Below, piece by piece: positions 16,268 through 26,100 of a stretch of DNA of 64,000 nucleotides. The DNA comes from an uncultured Ignavibacteriales bacterium. Its GTDB lineage: Bacteria; Zixibacteria; MSB-5A5; GN15; JAAZOE01. The translations under genes were made by a program, and so were the position numbers. The notes beneath the pieces are model-generated. The model was not told where the DNA came from and did not search any database. It worked only from the letters and a program-made list of their open reading frames with translations. Numbering within the stretch: position 1 is the first letter of the stretch; each line of letters starts with the position of its first letter. Where the stretch lies: NCBI GenBank assembly GCA_964611355.1, contig CAZSYD010000002.1:10409-74408 (forward strand), given 5' to 3'.

Positions 16268-18592
16268 TTACCACCAGGACCAGAATTCCACTCGGATGTA
16301 AGATTTTATTCGTTCGGTCAGGATTGTAAAAAGCGATGCCCGGCCGCACGATATCTTGGCATAGCCGCTCATGCCGTCTTTGAGCTGCCTTTCTTTGTTG
16401 TCGATGGTGGCGTAAACTTCGAATCGGGCGCGGGAGTCGCCATAGTACTTCTCGTCGGCGGAATACGAAATATGGGTGACGCGGCCTCGGAAAAGATCAT
16501 TCGGATAAGTGCGGACTTTCAGTTTGATATCAGCTTCCGTTTCGATTAATTCGAGGTAATTGTCCGTAACCGGTATGGCCGTTTCCACCCGGGACATGTC
16601 GGCCACTTTAAATAAGAGGTTATTGCGATTAAGGGCAACCAGAATGCCGTCAATGGGGGATGTGATTGCCTGTGCCGCCTCCTGCGTCACCAAATAGTTG
16701 ATATTGGCTTTTTGCGCGGTGATTCTGGATTGGAGGATGGAAATTTCCTCGCGTTTGGGAGGCGACTTCAAAAGCCGGAGCCGCGCTTTGGCTTCCTTTA
16801 ATTTCGAACGGGCCAGATTCAGGCTCCACTGTGACTGTTCCAATTCCTGCTCGGAGATCAGCTTTTTCTCGAATAATGAGAGATTACGCTCTATCTCGCG
16901 TTGCAGTTGCTCGACATTAATAGCCGCGGCATTTACTTCTGACTGAGCTTTATCGGTTTCCTCCGGTTTGGGCGGCGACTGGGCCAGCGCCAGTTCGCCT
17001 TTGAGTCTTTCCAACTCCGACCGGGCCGCCGAAAGCGACGATGACACCTGGTTGGAAGCGATGGCCGTCAGCGTATCTCCCTTGCGAATAACGTCCCCTT
17101 CCCTGACCAGCGGCGTCAGCCGTAATACGGCAAGGTCTCCGGTGAAAAGCTGGATATGTTCGGTGTTGAACCGACGTTTATGGCCGCCTTCACGAAGGTT
17201 GAGTTCAAGAAGTCCCTGCTGCGACAGCAGGGTGATGGTGTATTCCGAGATCGGCCGAACAACGACGGCGCCGCCCGCCTGGCGGGGAAAAGGAATAATA
17301 AACAGCAGCAGAATCAGTGCGATAACAACGATTCCGCCGACAATCAGGTTGCGCGGTCTGGATATGAGCGCCTTCATCACTTCACGACTAATAAAAAACT
17401 TGATCGTTCGAGCAATCGGGTTCTTGAAAATAACGGTCAGAACCAGCAAAAACAAGATAAATCCCGCGCCGCCCAGATTGTCAACCAGGAAGCGGTAAAC
17501 AATGGCGGCGATATAAACAATCAACAGGATGCTGTATATACCGGCCAGGATGGTGTAGGAAATGAAAATGCGCCTTTCGCGGCGAGTGACACCGGGTTGT
17601 TGTGACGGCACGCCAATCAGTCTTTTTATCCTGTGTTTTATGAAACCGAAAGAGCGGCTGCGCAGGTTGGGGATATTCAGCATTTCGGAGAGGAGGTAGT
17701 ACCCGTCAAGCTTTATCAGTGGATTGACGTTGAAAAGCAGCATGATAAAACATACGTTGGCGATCAGCCAGAACACCTGGTTAATGGTAGTGCCGACAAC
17801 GGTCACACGCCACCCGAAAACGGCGGCGGCAAAGATTACCATCTGGAAAAACAAGCCGGCCCAGATAACGGCAAGCCGGGATGATTTACGCCTGAACAGC
17901 CAGGAGTCGGATAAGTTGGAATAAAAACAGAGCTGGAAATAAAGAAGCAGAAACCCCATTTCGTACACCTGGCCTCCGAAATACTTGCAGGTGAGAGCAT
18001 GGGCGAATTCATGAATAAAAATTATAAAGGCCAGAGATGCGATGATAACGATAATTGAGCCGACGTTAAACAACTCGCCGGGCGAAAAGCGGAAACCGTC
18101 GAAGTTTGCCGAATAGGTCAAAAAGCCGGCCAGGACAAAGATCATCATCAAGGTTACCGCCCAGGGCTGAAAGAGAAAACGGCTCGGCGGCAGCATTACA
18201 TTTAGCAAACGGTCGGGGTTGAATGCTTTGAGCTTGACAAACAGAATTCTTGAGAAGAGTGATTTTTTATGGCGACCTTTATACCGGCCCGATGAAATCT
18301 CGTATTCGGCTTTCGAGCCTTCGAAAAAGTAAAGCGAATTGACTTTGGCGGCGAATTTCTCGACCGCTTCGATCGAGATGTTTAGACTGAAATTTTCTCT
18401 AACATTTTTAGTGATGGCATTAAAATCGTTTTGGCCGTTGAACTGCCGGATAAGAAAATATTCCACCTCGCGGACTCTGAAATATCGTCGGGTGATGGGG
18501 TCTTTCAGGACGAAATATTTTTCCCCGTCGATGTCCTGCTCGGAAACGACCAGGTCTTCTCTGAGTTTTAGCGGCTTATCCCCGAAGGCCAT
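16268..18592 (-). CDS. PqqD/RRE-like domain, M50 (site-2) intramembrane zinc peptidase and HlyD-type membrane fusion protein in one polypeptide
   Basis: N-terminal LKLREDLVV...YFVLKDPITRRYFRV...EYFLIRQFNG (RRE-like); HEFAH and NVNPLIKLDG M50 motifs; biotinyl-lipoyl-like halves flanking a coiled-coil hairpin; ATG 18592 preferred over TTG 18694. Confidence 0.82.
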   Translation of the reverse strand: MAFGDKPLKLREDLVVSEQDIDGEKYFVLKDPITRRYFRVREVEYFLIRQFNGQNDFNAITKNVRENFSLNISIEAVEKFAAKVNSLYFFEGSKAEYEISSGRYKGRHKKSLFSRILFVKLKAFNPDRLLNVMLPPSRFLFQPWAVTLMMIFVLAGFLTYSANFDGFRFSPGELFNVGSIIVIIASLAFIIFIHEFAHALTCKYFGGQVYEMGFLLLYFQLCFYSNLSDSWLFRRKSSRLAVIWAGLFFQMVIFAAAVFGWRVTVVGTTINQVFWLIANVCFIMLLFNVNPLIKLDGYYLLSEMLNIPNLRSRSFGFIKHRIKRLIGVPSQQPGVTRRERRIFISYTILAGIYSILLIVYIAAIVYRFLVDNLGGAGFILFLLVLTVIFKNPIARTIKFFISREVMKALISRPRNLIVGGIVVIALILLLFIIPFPRQAGGAVVVRPISEYTITLLSQQGLLELNLREGGHKRRFNTEHIQLFTGDLAVLRLTPLVREGDVIRKGDTLTAIASNQVSSSLSAARSELERLKGELALAQSPPKPEETDKAQSEVNAAAINVEQLQREIERNLSLFEKKLISEQELEQSQWSLNLARSKLKEAKARLRLLKSPPKREEISILQSRITAQKANINYLVTQEAAQAITSPIDGILVALNRNNLLFKVADMSRVETAIPVTDNYLELIETEADIKLKVRTYPNDLFRGRVTHISYSADEKYYGDSRARFEVYATIDNKERQLKDGMSGYAKISCGRASLFTILTERIKSYIRVEFWSWW

Positions 18593-18729
18593 GCCGTAAT
18601 GTAAAATAATCGTCACAACGAGCAAACAGGAATTATCAGGTTCTTTTGCGACAGCCTCTGCTGCTTTTTGCTTGAATTGGAAAAGCGAAAACAATTTATT
18701 TTATTGTTTGGAGACTATGGCTTTTTCTG

Positions 18730-19752
18730 ATGATAGACAAGCTGATAAAAAATCCGCGTTACCTTGATTGCCCCGGAGTTTCCATTGATTTTGGCGAGGA
18801 AAAGTGGGGGGTATTGTTATTTAATATGGGAGGGCCGGAAAAGGCCGGGGATGCCGGTTTATTTTTATACAATCTCTTTTCCGACCCCAACCTGATCAAG
18901 TTGCCGTTTTTGAACGCGCTGCAAAAGCCGCTGGCTAAACTCATGGCCGTCCGTAAAGCCCCGAAGGTAGTCAGGCAATACCGGGCGATCGGCGGTAGCT
19001 CGCCGTTGTTAAAATGGACGCGGCTGGCGGCGTCCGGCATTAAAAGGGAACTGTCCAAACAGTATCCTCATGTGGAAGCGTTTGTCGGGATGCGGTATTT
19101 CGAACCGTATATTTTGGACGAACTGGATGCCGCCGTTGACGAAGGGTGCCGGCATGTAATTCTAATGTCCATGTATCCGCAGTACTGCCGGGCCACCACC
19201 GGAACGGCGTTGGTTAAGGCGGCCGAGTGGCTTGAGGACACCGATGCGGATATTTCGTTGTCGCTTATTGGCCAGTGGCATAACCGCCCTGAATATATTA
19301 ATCTTCTGCGCGGAAGAATTGAATCCGCCCTGGAAAAAGTTGACCGGACAAGGGCTAAAATCGTTTTTTCCGCGTATTCCATACCTCAAAAGCTGGTTGA
19401 TACCGGCGATCCATACTTTCGGCAGGTAAAGGAAACGGTTACACTGGCCGGTGAAGGGTACGACTGTATTTTGACTTTTCGGCGGCGGAACGGGCCGGTC
19501 AGATGGATCGGGCCTGATACTGATGCCACCGTAAGGCGTCTGGCGCGCGAAGGCGTAACCGATGTGGTGGTAGTGCCGATCAGTTTTGTTTTCGATCATG
19601 TCGAAATATTATATGGAATAGATATCCGGTTGCGTGAAGCCGCTCTGAAGGCCGGAATAAAAAGGTTTATCAGGACCGAATCGCTGAATGACGATCCTCG
19701 TTTTATCGAGTTTCTGGCCGACTTGATTGAAGAAAAAATAGCCGCGCGATAG
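18730..19752 (+). CDS. hemH: Ferrochelatase homologue with substituted active-site residues
   Basis: GVLLFNMGGP, YRAIGGSSPL, GMRYFEPY, YPQY, WIGP and DHVE motifs; but FSAYSIP replaces FSAHSLP. Confidence 0.8.
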   Translation: MIDKLIKNPRYLDCPGVSIDFGEEKWGVLLFNMGGPEKAGDAGLFLYNLFSDPNLIKLPFLNALQKPLAKLMAVRKAPKVVRQYRAIGGSSPLLKWTRLAASGIKRELSKQYPHVEAFVGMRYFEPYILDELDAAVDEGCRHVILMSMYPQYCRATTGTALVKAAEWLEDTDADISLSLIGQWHNRPEYINLLRGRIESALEKVDRTRAKIVFSAYSIPQKLVDTGDPYFRQVKETVTLAGEGYDCILTFRRRNGPVRWIGPDTDATVRRLAREGVTDVVVVPISFVFDHVEILYGIDIRLREAALKAGIKRFIRTESLNDDPRFIEFLADLIEEKIAAR

Positions 19753-19990
19753 TCGGATAAGGCTGAAAAGATTCGCCGTTATCATCGACGGCATTTCCGG
19801 ATTACTTTCGCTTTAGTCAATAAAAGATCGGATACAGTCAAAGCTGCCGTGCAGGCCTTATTTAGCAAAGCCGACAGACTCTGTGGAAACATCCCCGGAA
19901 TTATTCCTAAGCCTTGATAGAACAGAAACATCGGCCTTTGCGTTTTGAGTATTGATACTATATATTTTCTCTACGACGGAGGATTATCAA

Positions 19991-22423
19991 ATGTCTGATC
20001 TGAAAAGCAAGCTGGCCATAAGTCCGGATAAATTGCAGTACCATTTTGACGAAAATCATCTGCGCGGATTATCCTTTGATATGATCGAACCCTGCTCCGA
20101 AATAATCGGTCAGGATCGGGCCATGGCGGCGGTGGAACAAGGCTTGGATATAAAATCAAAAGGATACAACATTTTTGTTACCGGTCATCCAGGCACCGGC
20201 CGGACGACGGCTGTCAGGCTGCTTCTTGAATCCATTCGGGAAAAAGAAACACCGGCTTTGAAGGATATCTGCTTTGTTAATAATTTCAAAATGCCGGAAT
20301 GTCCCAGCGTGCTCTATCTGTCGGCAGGGGACGGCAGGAAGTTCAAAAAGGCGATATCTTATTTGATTGATTCGCTGGTGACCGTTATTCCCAAGATATT
20401 TTCCGGAGAGAATTACAGGGAAAAACGAAGCCGGATAATGGGCGAGTTCGAGTCCCGGCAAAAGAATCTGTTTAAGGAGTTCGAAAAGAAAATCAAGGAA
20501 AAGGGATTTGAGCTGGTGCAGTTGCAGATCGGTCCGGCGGTTCGTCCCGATTTGCAGCCGGTCATTAATGGCGCGGCGGTATCATTTCCGGAATTGGGAA
20601 AGGCCGTAAAAGAGAAAAAATTTAAGGCGGAAGATCTGGAACGTCTGAAAAGCGAATACGAGCTTTTGCAGAAGGAATTGCAGGGAATGTCGGAACAGAG
20701 CAAAAAGATTTCCGGTGATCTTGAGGAGGAATTGGGCAGGCTCAATACTTCCCTGGTGGTGCCGCTTATCAATGATAAAATTGATACCTTGAAGAAGGTT
20801 TACGACGATACGAAAATTCAGAGTTATCTGGACGAGTTAAATGAAATTTTGATAGACATGCTGGAGATTTTTCAGCCCGGCGGCGACCAGCCATCCGATC
20901 AGTCCGAGCCGCGCAAAATACGCGACTTCTTCAAACAGTTTACGGTCAACCTGCTTGTTGATAATTCCGAGCAGGAAACCCGCCCGATAGTGGTGGAAGA
21001 TTTTCCCGCATACAAGAACCTGTTCGGTTCCGTCGAGAGGGTGTTCGATCCGGCTACCGGCTGGCATTCGAATTTTACCCGTATCCGCGGCGGTTCCATA
21101 TTGAAGGCCAATGGCGGATATCTCGTTTTGCACGCGCTCGATCTGTTTCAGGATCCTCATGTCTGGCCGACGCTGAAGCGCGTCCTTCGAACCGGTCATT
21201 TAGCCATTTCCAATATCGATGCTTTTAATTTTGGCGGCAGCGGTCTCAGGCCGGAAACCATCGATCTTGACGTCAAGGTGATCCTGATTGGCGAAAGCCG
21301 GATGTATGACGTTCTCTATCATGCCGACGAAGATTTTAAAAAGATATTTAAAATCAAGGCGGAGTTTGACAATGTAATGGAAAATGACGCCACCGGCGTC
21401 GCCCGATACACGGAATTTATCAAGAAGGTGGTCAGCGACGAAAAAGCCCTTCCGTTTGATAAATCCGGCCTGGGGGCAGTAATGGCTCAGGGAGTCAGGC
21501 TGGCGGGACGTAGGGACCGATTGTCAACCCGTTTTACGCAGATTGCCGATCTGATCCGGGAATCGGCCTGGCTGGCGAAGAAAAACGGCAGGAAGAAAAT
21601 TGACCGGGGAACGGTGAAGCAGGCGATCCGGATGCAGAGGGAACGGGTAAATCTCGCTGAAATAAAAGTACAGGAAATGTACGAACGCGACATTTTCCTG
21701 ATTGATGTTACCGGCTGGAAAGTGGGACAGATCAACGGTCTGTCGGTTTATGATCTTGGCGATTATTCCTTTGGTCGGCCGACCCGGATTACCGCTTCGC
21801 TTTCGCCCGGCGCGGACGGTGTGATAAACATTGAGCGGGAAGCGGCCATGTCGGGTCGGATACACGACAAGGGAGTGCTGATTCTTTCCGGGTTTATGCG
21901 CCATCGTTTCGGTCGAAAACGTCCGCTGGTTTTTACGGCGTCGTTGTGCTTTGAACAGTCGTATGGCGGTGTGGACGGTGATTCGGCATCGTCAACGGAA
22001 GTATTTGCCCTGTTGTCGGCCCTCTCCGGTCGGCCGATCAACCAGGCCTTGGCGATGACAGGATCGGTAAATCAGAAAGGCGAGATTCAGCCGATTGGCG
22101 GCGTCAATGAAAAGATTGAGGGATTCTTTGACGTTTGTATGATCGACGGTCTTACCGGCGATCAGGGAGTTATTATCCCGGTGCAGAACGTGCCCGACCT
22201 GATGCTCAAGGATGAAGTTGTAAAGGCCGTTGAAGCGGATGAGTTTCATATCTACGCTATAGATCACGTGGATGAAGGTATTGAGTTGCTCACCGGTATA
22301 CCGGCCGGAGATATGGACGATGAGGGAAATTTCCCCGAAGGCAGCATCAATTTCATGGCTGCCGGGAGACTGGATGAGTTGGCTGAAACCTGGCGGCGGT
22401 ATTTAAGCATAAACAGGCGGTAA
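19991..22423 (+). CDS. LonC/YcbZ-type Lon-like protease (AAA_32 plus S16 protease domain)
   Basis: IIGQDRA, GHPGTGRTT, central coiled-coil insertion, catalytic GGVDGDSAS and GGVNEK; GGAGG RBS before ATG 19991. Confidence 0.9.
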   Translation: MSDLKSKLAISPDKLQYHFDENHLRGLSFDMIEPCSEIIGQDRAMAAVEQGLDIKSKGYNIFVTGHPGTGRTTAVRLLLESIREKETPALKDICFVNNFKMPECPSVLYLSAGDGRKFKKAISYLIDSLVTVIPKIFSGENYREKRSRIMGEFESRQKNLFKEFEKKIKEKGFELVQLQIGPAVRPDLQPVINGAAVSFPELGKAVKEKKFKAEDLERLKSEYELLQKELQGMSEQSKKISGDLEEELGRLNTSLVVPLINDKIDTLKKVYDDTKIQSYLDELNEILIDMLEIFQPGGDQPSDQSEPRKIRDFFKQFTVNLLVDNSEQETRPIVVEDFPAYKNLFGSVERVFDPATGWHSNFTRIRGGSILKANGGYLVLHALDLFQDPHVWPTLKRVLRTGHLAISNIDAFNFGGSGLRPETIDLDVKVILIGESRMYDVLYHADEDFKKIFKIKAEFDNVMENDATGVARYTEFIKKVVSDEKALPFDKSGLGAVMAQGVRLAGRRDRLSTRFTQIADLIRESAWLAKKNGRKKIDRGTVKQAIRMQRERVNLAEIKVQEMYERDIFLIDVTGWKVGQINGLSVYDLGDYSFGRPTRITASLSPGADGVINIEREAAMSGRIHDKGVLILSGFMRHRFGRKRPLVFTASLCFEQSYGGVDGDSASSTEVFALLSALSGRPINQALAMTGSVNQKGEIQPIGGVNEKIEGFFDVCMIDGLTGDQGVIIPVQNVPDLMLKDEVVKAVEADEFHIYAIDHVDEGIELLTGIPAGDMDDEGNFPEGSINFMAAGRLDELAETWRRYLSINRR

Positions 22424-22590
22424 CGGGTAATTATGACGTTGATATGGAAAGGCCCATCATCAACCCTCAGGAACAGGTTTAAATTCGATTTGCATCGATT
22501 ATATTCGATCTTTTGGTGAACTCAGCGCCGCATCAATATATTTTATATAATGCACCAATAAAAATATATTGCATAATACGTTTTTTTATG

Positions 22591-22618
22591 TTGACAATGT
22601 TGAAGAAAAGATTAATTT
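22591..22618 (+). promoter_or_regulatory. Probable sigma70 promoter of the basic protein gene
   Basis: Perfect TTGACA at 22591 with TAATTT 16 nt downstream, in a very AT-rich tract. Confidence 0.45.
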
Positions 22619-22654
22619 CTTAAAAAGAAATGAATGTGTGTACCATTAACCGAG

Positions 22655-22683
22655 AATCGTCGCACGATAATAAAGCGACGATT
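22655..22683 (+). promoter_or_regulatory. 5'-UTR hairpin
   Basis: AATCGTCGC-N11-GCGACGATT perfect 9-bp inverted repeat just upstream of the RBS. Confidence 0.55.
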
Positions 22684-22706
22684 GAGATAGTATGGAGGAT
22701 AGTTCT

Positions 22707-23012
22707 GTGAGAAGAACCGTGAAGAGAAAAGCTGCTCCAAGGAAAGCAGCGCGCAAGACCGTCAGGAAGGTCAGACGCACCCGTAAGGGTGCCAAGCTAT
22801 GGACTGCGGCGGAAGTGAAGATGCTCCGGAAAATGTACAAGGGCACTTCGGCACCCGATATCGCCAAGCAACTGAAACGCACCGTTAGTTCGGTGCGATC
22901 CAAAGCGGTTGCTCTTTCTCTGAAGAAAGCGGCCGTGAAAAGGAAAGCGGCTCCTAAGAGGAAAACAGCAGCCAAAAAGAAAATAGTCAGGAGAAAAGTG
23001 CGTCGCAGGTAA
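22707..23012 (+). CDS. Small very basic protein: Myb/SANT-like helical core flanked by histone-H1-like K/R/A tails
   Basis: KLWTAAEVKMLRKMY...IAKQLKRTVSSVRSKA core; KAAP/AARK repeats; GGAGG 8 nt before GTG 22707 (ATG 22692 is the alternative start). Confidence 0.8.
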   Translation: MRRTVKRKAAPRKAARKTVRKVRRTRKGAKLWTAAEVKMLRKMYKGTSAPDIAKQLKRTVSSVRSKAVALSLKKAAVKRKAAPKRKTAAKKKIVRRKVRRR

Positions 23013-23044
23013 ATCTGCTGATCGAACACAGACATTGAAACCTG

Positions 23045-23072
23045 AAAAAGCCCGCCGTGCAGCGGGCTTTTT
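23045..23072. terminator. Bidirectional intrinsic terminator
   Basis: AAAAAGCCCGC-CGTGCA-GCGGGCTTTTT between convergent genes. Confidence 0.9.
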
Positions 23073-23121
23073 GGGGTTATTGATGTTAATTTCTGACGGA
23101 GAGTTTTCGGTTTGGTCGATG

Positions 23122-26100
23122 TTAGAAGTCGGCTCCCAGCGAGAAAGAGTGCTTGGCGTGCGGCTCGACTGAATTGAAATCTGTGCGCCAGGCCAGATCA
23201 TACCGCAAAATCAAGAATCCCAGGTTGGCGCGGGCTCCAAAACCGAAACCCGATTTGATGTCCACCAGCCGGGGGCCTCCTTTGGAAGTCGCTCCCTTGA
23301 AAGCGTCGTCGTCGCTCCAGGCCGCACCCATATCAAGGAAGAGGGTGCCGGTGATGCGGCTCAGGCCAAGACGGAGGGGATAACGCATCAGGAAATAATC
23401 GATAAAAGGAAAACGGACCTCCATATTGGTTACTGCGTATCGAGTGCCGACCAGTTCATAGTAATCATATCCTCGCAGGGGCGTTATAACGGCGGAGAAG
23501 TATAGATTTTCAACTTCGTAAACGTCGGCGGCCACCGAAACGCTTCCGATTTTGTTGGTGCTGCCTCCCAGGAAGTAATTCTTCGGATTTGATCCTCGGC
23601 TTATTCCGCCCGAAAGCCTGAAGGCGAAACCAAATGGCCGGGCAAACGGGAAATACTGCCGGTAATCAAGCTCGCCTGCATAATAATCCACCGATTGGGA
23701 TCCAAAGATGGGAGTAGCGCCTTCTATACTTAATTTGTATCGGCGGCCGTTGACCGGTCCGGTAATGCCCCAGAGGACGGTGTCATTAATCCAGCTAAGC
23801 GCGCCGGTTGTTACCCTCACATTCCGGCCCTCGAGGAACGGGTCGTCGTAGTATTTGCGGTCGATGAAAGTGGTGGTGGTGTTGAGTTCAATGCGGCTGT
23901 ATTTCGAACGAGGCCAGGCCAAGCCGGCCATAATGCCGTAAAAGCGATCCGAGAAAAGATCGTTTTTGGAATCAATGTAATAGTTTTTGGTGTGAAACAG
24001 GCCGACGCCGAGATCAACCTTTAGTTTATTGTAGAGATAGAAAAACTGCAGGTTTGATTGATCAATGGTGTTGATGAGGTCGGTGACGACGTATATCTGG
24101 TGGTCTCCGACGTAATCGGAAAAAACGAATAATGTCTGGCCGCGGAAACCAAAGAAAGAATCATACTGCAGCCCGCCTGAAATATAGTCGGGCGTAAATC
24201 TGGTTTTGTATGGTTTTACTTTATATTCACCGTTGGAGAGCTTGTTATCGAGTGAATCGGTCAGCAGACTGTCGATCGGCATTTCTTCTGCGGCCGAGTA
24301 AGGCGCTTCGCCCTCGGCGGTAAGCTCGCCTGTGGGCGCAAAGATAGATTCCTCGAGGGGAGCGTTGTAAACGTACCGGTCCTCGTCTTCTTCATCCGGT
24401 TTTTCCGTTTCCTTTTCAGGTTCCTTTTCCTCAGATGCTTCTTCAGAGACGGCTGATGAATCCCCCGCTAAATCCTTTTCGGCCTCGGGTTCAATTGTCT
24501 CATCGGTTTTCTCATCCTCTGCTTTATCACCCTCACCAGCGTCAAGGCCGTTCCAATCGCTATGAACCCCGGCCGGCGATACGGGAAAGTCAGGATCGTA
24601 CATGGGCGGTGTCTCCAATGTTGCGCCGTTATCGGTTGCCGTTAGAAGTCGGGTGTCATCACTTTGGCGGGCCCAGTCCGCTTCATTATCATATTTGCCC
24701 ATCACGAAGTCGGTAGGCGGCAGAACGCCGTTTTTGCCTTTGACTTCGATATCCTTGATAACGAAGATATCATAGCCGCCCTTGAAGAACGTGGAATAGG
24801 CGATATTACAGCCGTCCGACGACCAGGTTGGAGACTTGGCGTTGGATAAAGCGTTCGTTATAGCCATGACTCGAGCCGAGTCAACGTAGTAGATGTAGAT
24901 ATTATCGGTACCGTTGCGGTTGGAGACGAAGGCGATGCGTTCTCCGTCCGGGGAAACGGCAGGTTCCGTGTTTTGACCGGCTCCTGCAAGCAGCGGTGTG
25001 ATCTTCCCTGATTCGAGGTCCATAATCTGGAGATTGTAGCGGCCGTAGTCGAGCATGGTGGTATCGATCGGCTGATGATTATCGGGATGCGGGCGATCCG
25101 AGGAAAAGATTATGCGCCGGTTGTCGGGAAACCAGGCCACGTCAATATCATCGTACCGGTCGCCGGTTAGTTGTATGAGTGAGTCAGTCTCGAAATCGAT
25201 CATAAACAGGTCGCGGGCCGGGCCGGAAAGAGCGGTAAAGACAACGTCCTTGCCGTCCGGCGACCAGGCGGGCGAGATTATTGATTTCAGACCGAATTTT
25301 TTACGCAGATAGATTTTCCTGTTTTTCAATTTCAGAAAATTGAGCGCATCTTCACCTTTCGATTTGGAAACAAACACCAGATTTTCGCCGTTGGGCGAAA
25401 ACGATATGCCCGAAGTGTACCAACGCAGTGATTCGAGGTCGGCCGAACGTTCTCCCTTAACCAGCCGCGTAATCTTTTTCCCGTCGATGGCTGATATCAG
25501 ATGGATTTCGGAATAACCGCTTACGTCGGTAAATATGGCCAGCATCTGGCCCTTTGGGGAAAAGACCGGCTTTTCATTAAAATTCGATCCGTCTTTTGTA
25601 TGATCGGTTAACTGACTGGCGAAGTCTTTTGGTTCTTCACGCATAGAAATATCGGGCCAGTACCGTTTTCTCATCTCCTTGGCGAATTTCTCATAAAGGT
25701 CTTCGCTGTTCATCCCGATTGATGATTTCAGCGCTTTGTCAATCGTCAGCAGAGCTTTACCCTTTTTGAAGATTTCGCCGATTTTATTAACGCCGTAGTT
25801 GTCGGTTATATACTTAACCAGAGCAAATCCTTCGGTATAGGCAAGCATCCCCATATATTCCGGCGGTCGCAGATATCCGTTGATGGCGGCGTCGCGAACC
25901 ACCATGTCAGCCTGCTGTGTCCAGCCGCCATTGGAGGAATACTCGGCGTAACCTTCGGCCAGCCACAGGGGCTGACGAAAAAGACGGTTTGGGGTAAGGA
26001 CAGCCTTAAAGAATTCGCCATAGATAAGATCATAGATAACTGCGTGGGTCAGCTCATGGTGCAGAAGATGCCGGAAATCCTCGTACGATCCCATAAAATG

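Noticed and set aside
22646-23035. 129-aa hydrophobic minus-strand ORF that looks like a membrane protein
   Set aside because: Antisense shadow of the K/R/A-rich gene (AAA/AAG/GCN read as F/L/A); the RBS and promoter support the plus strand
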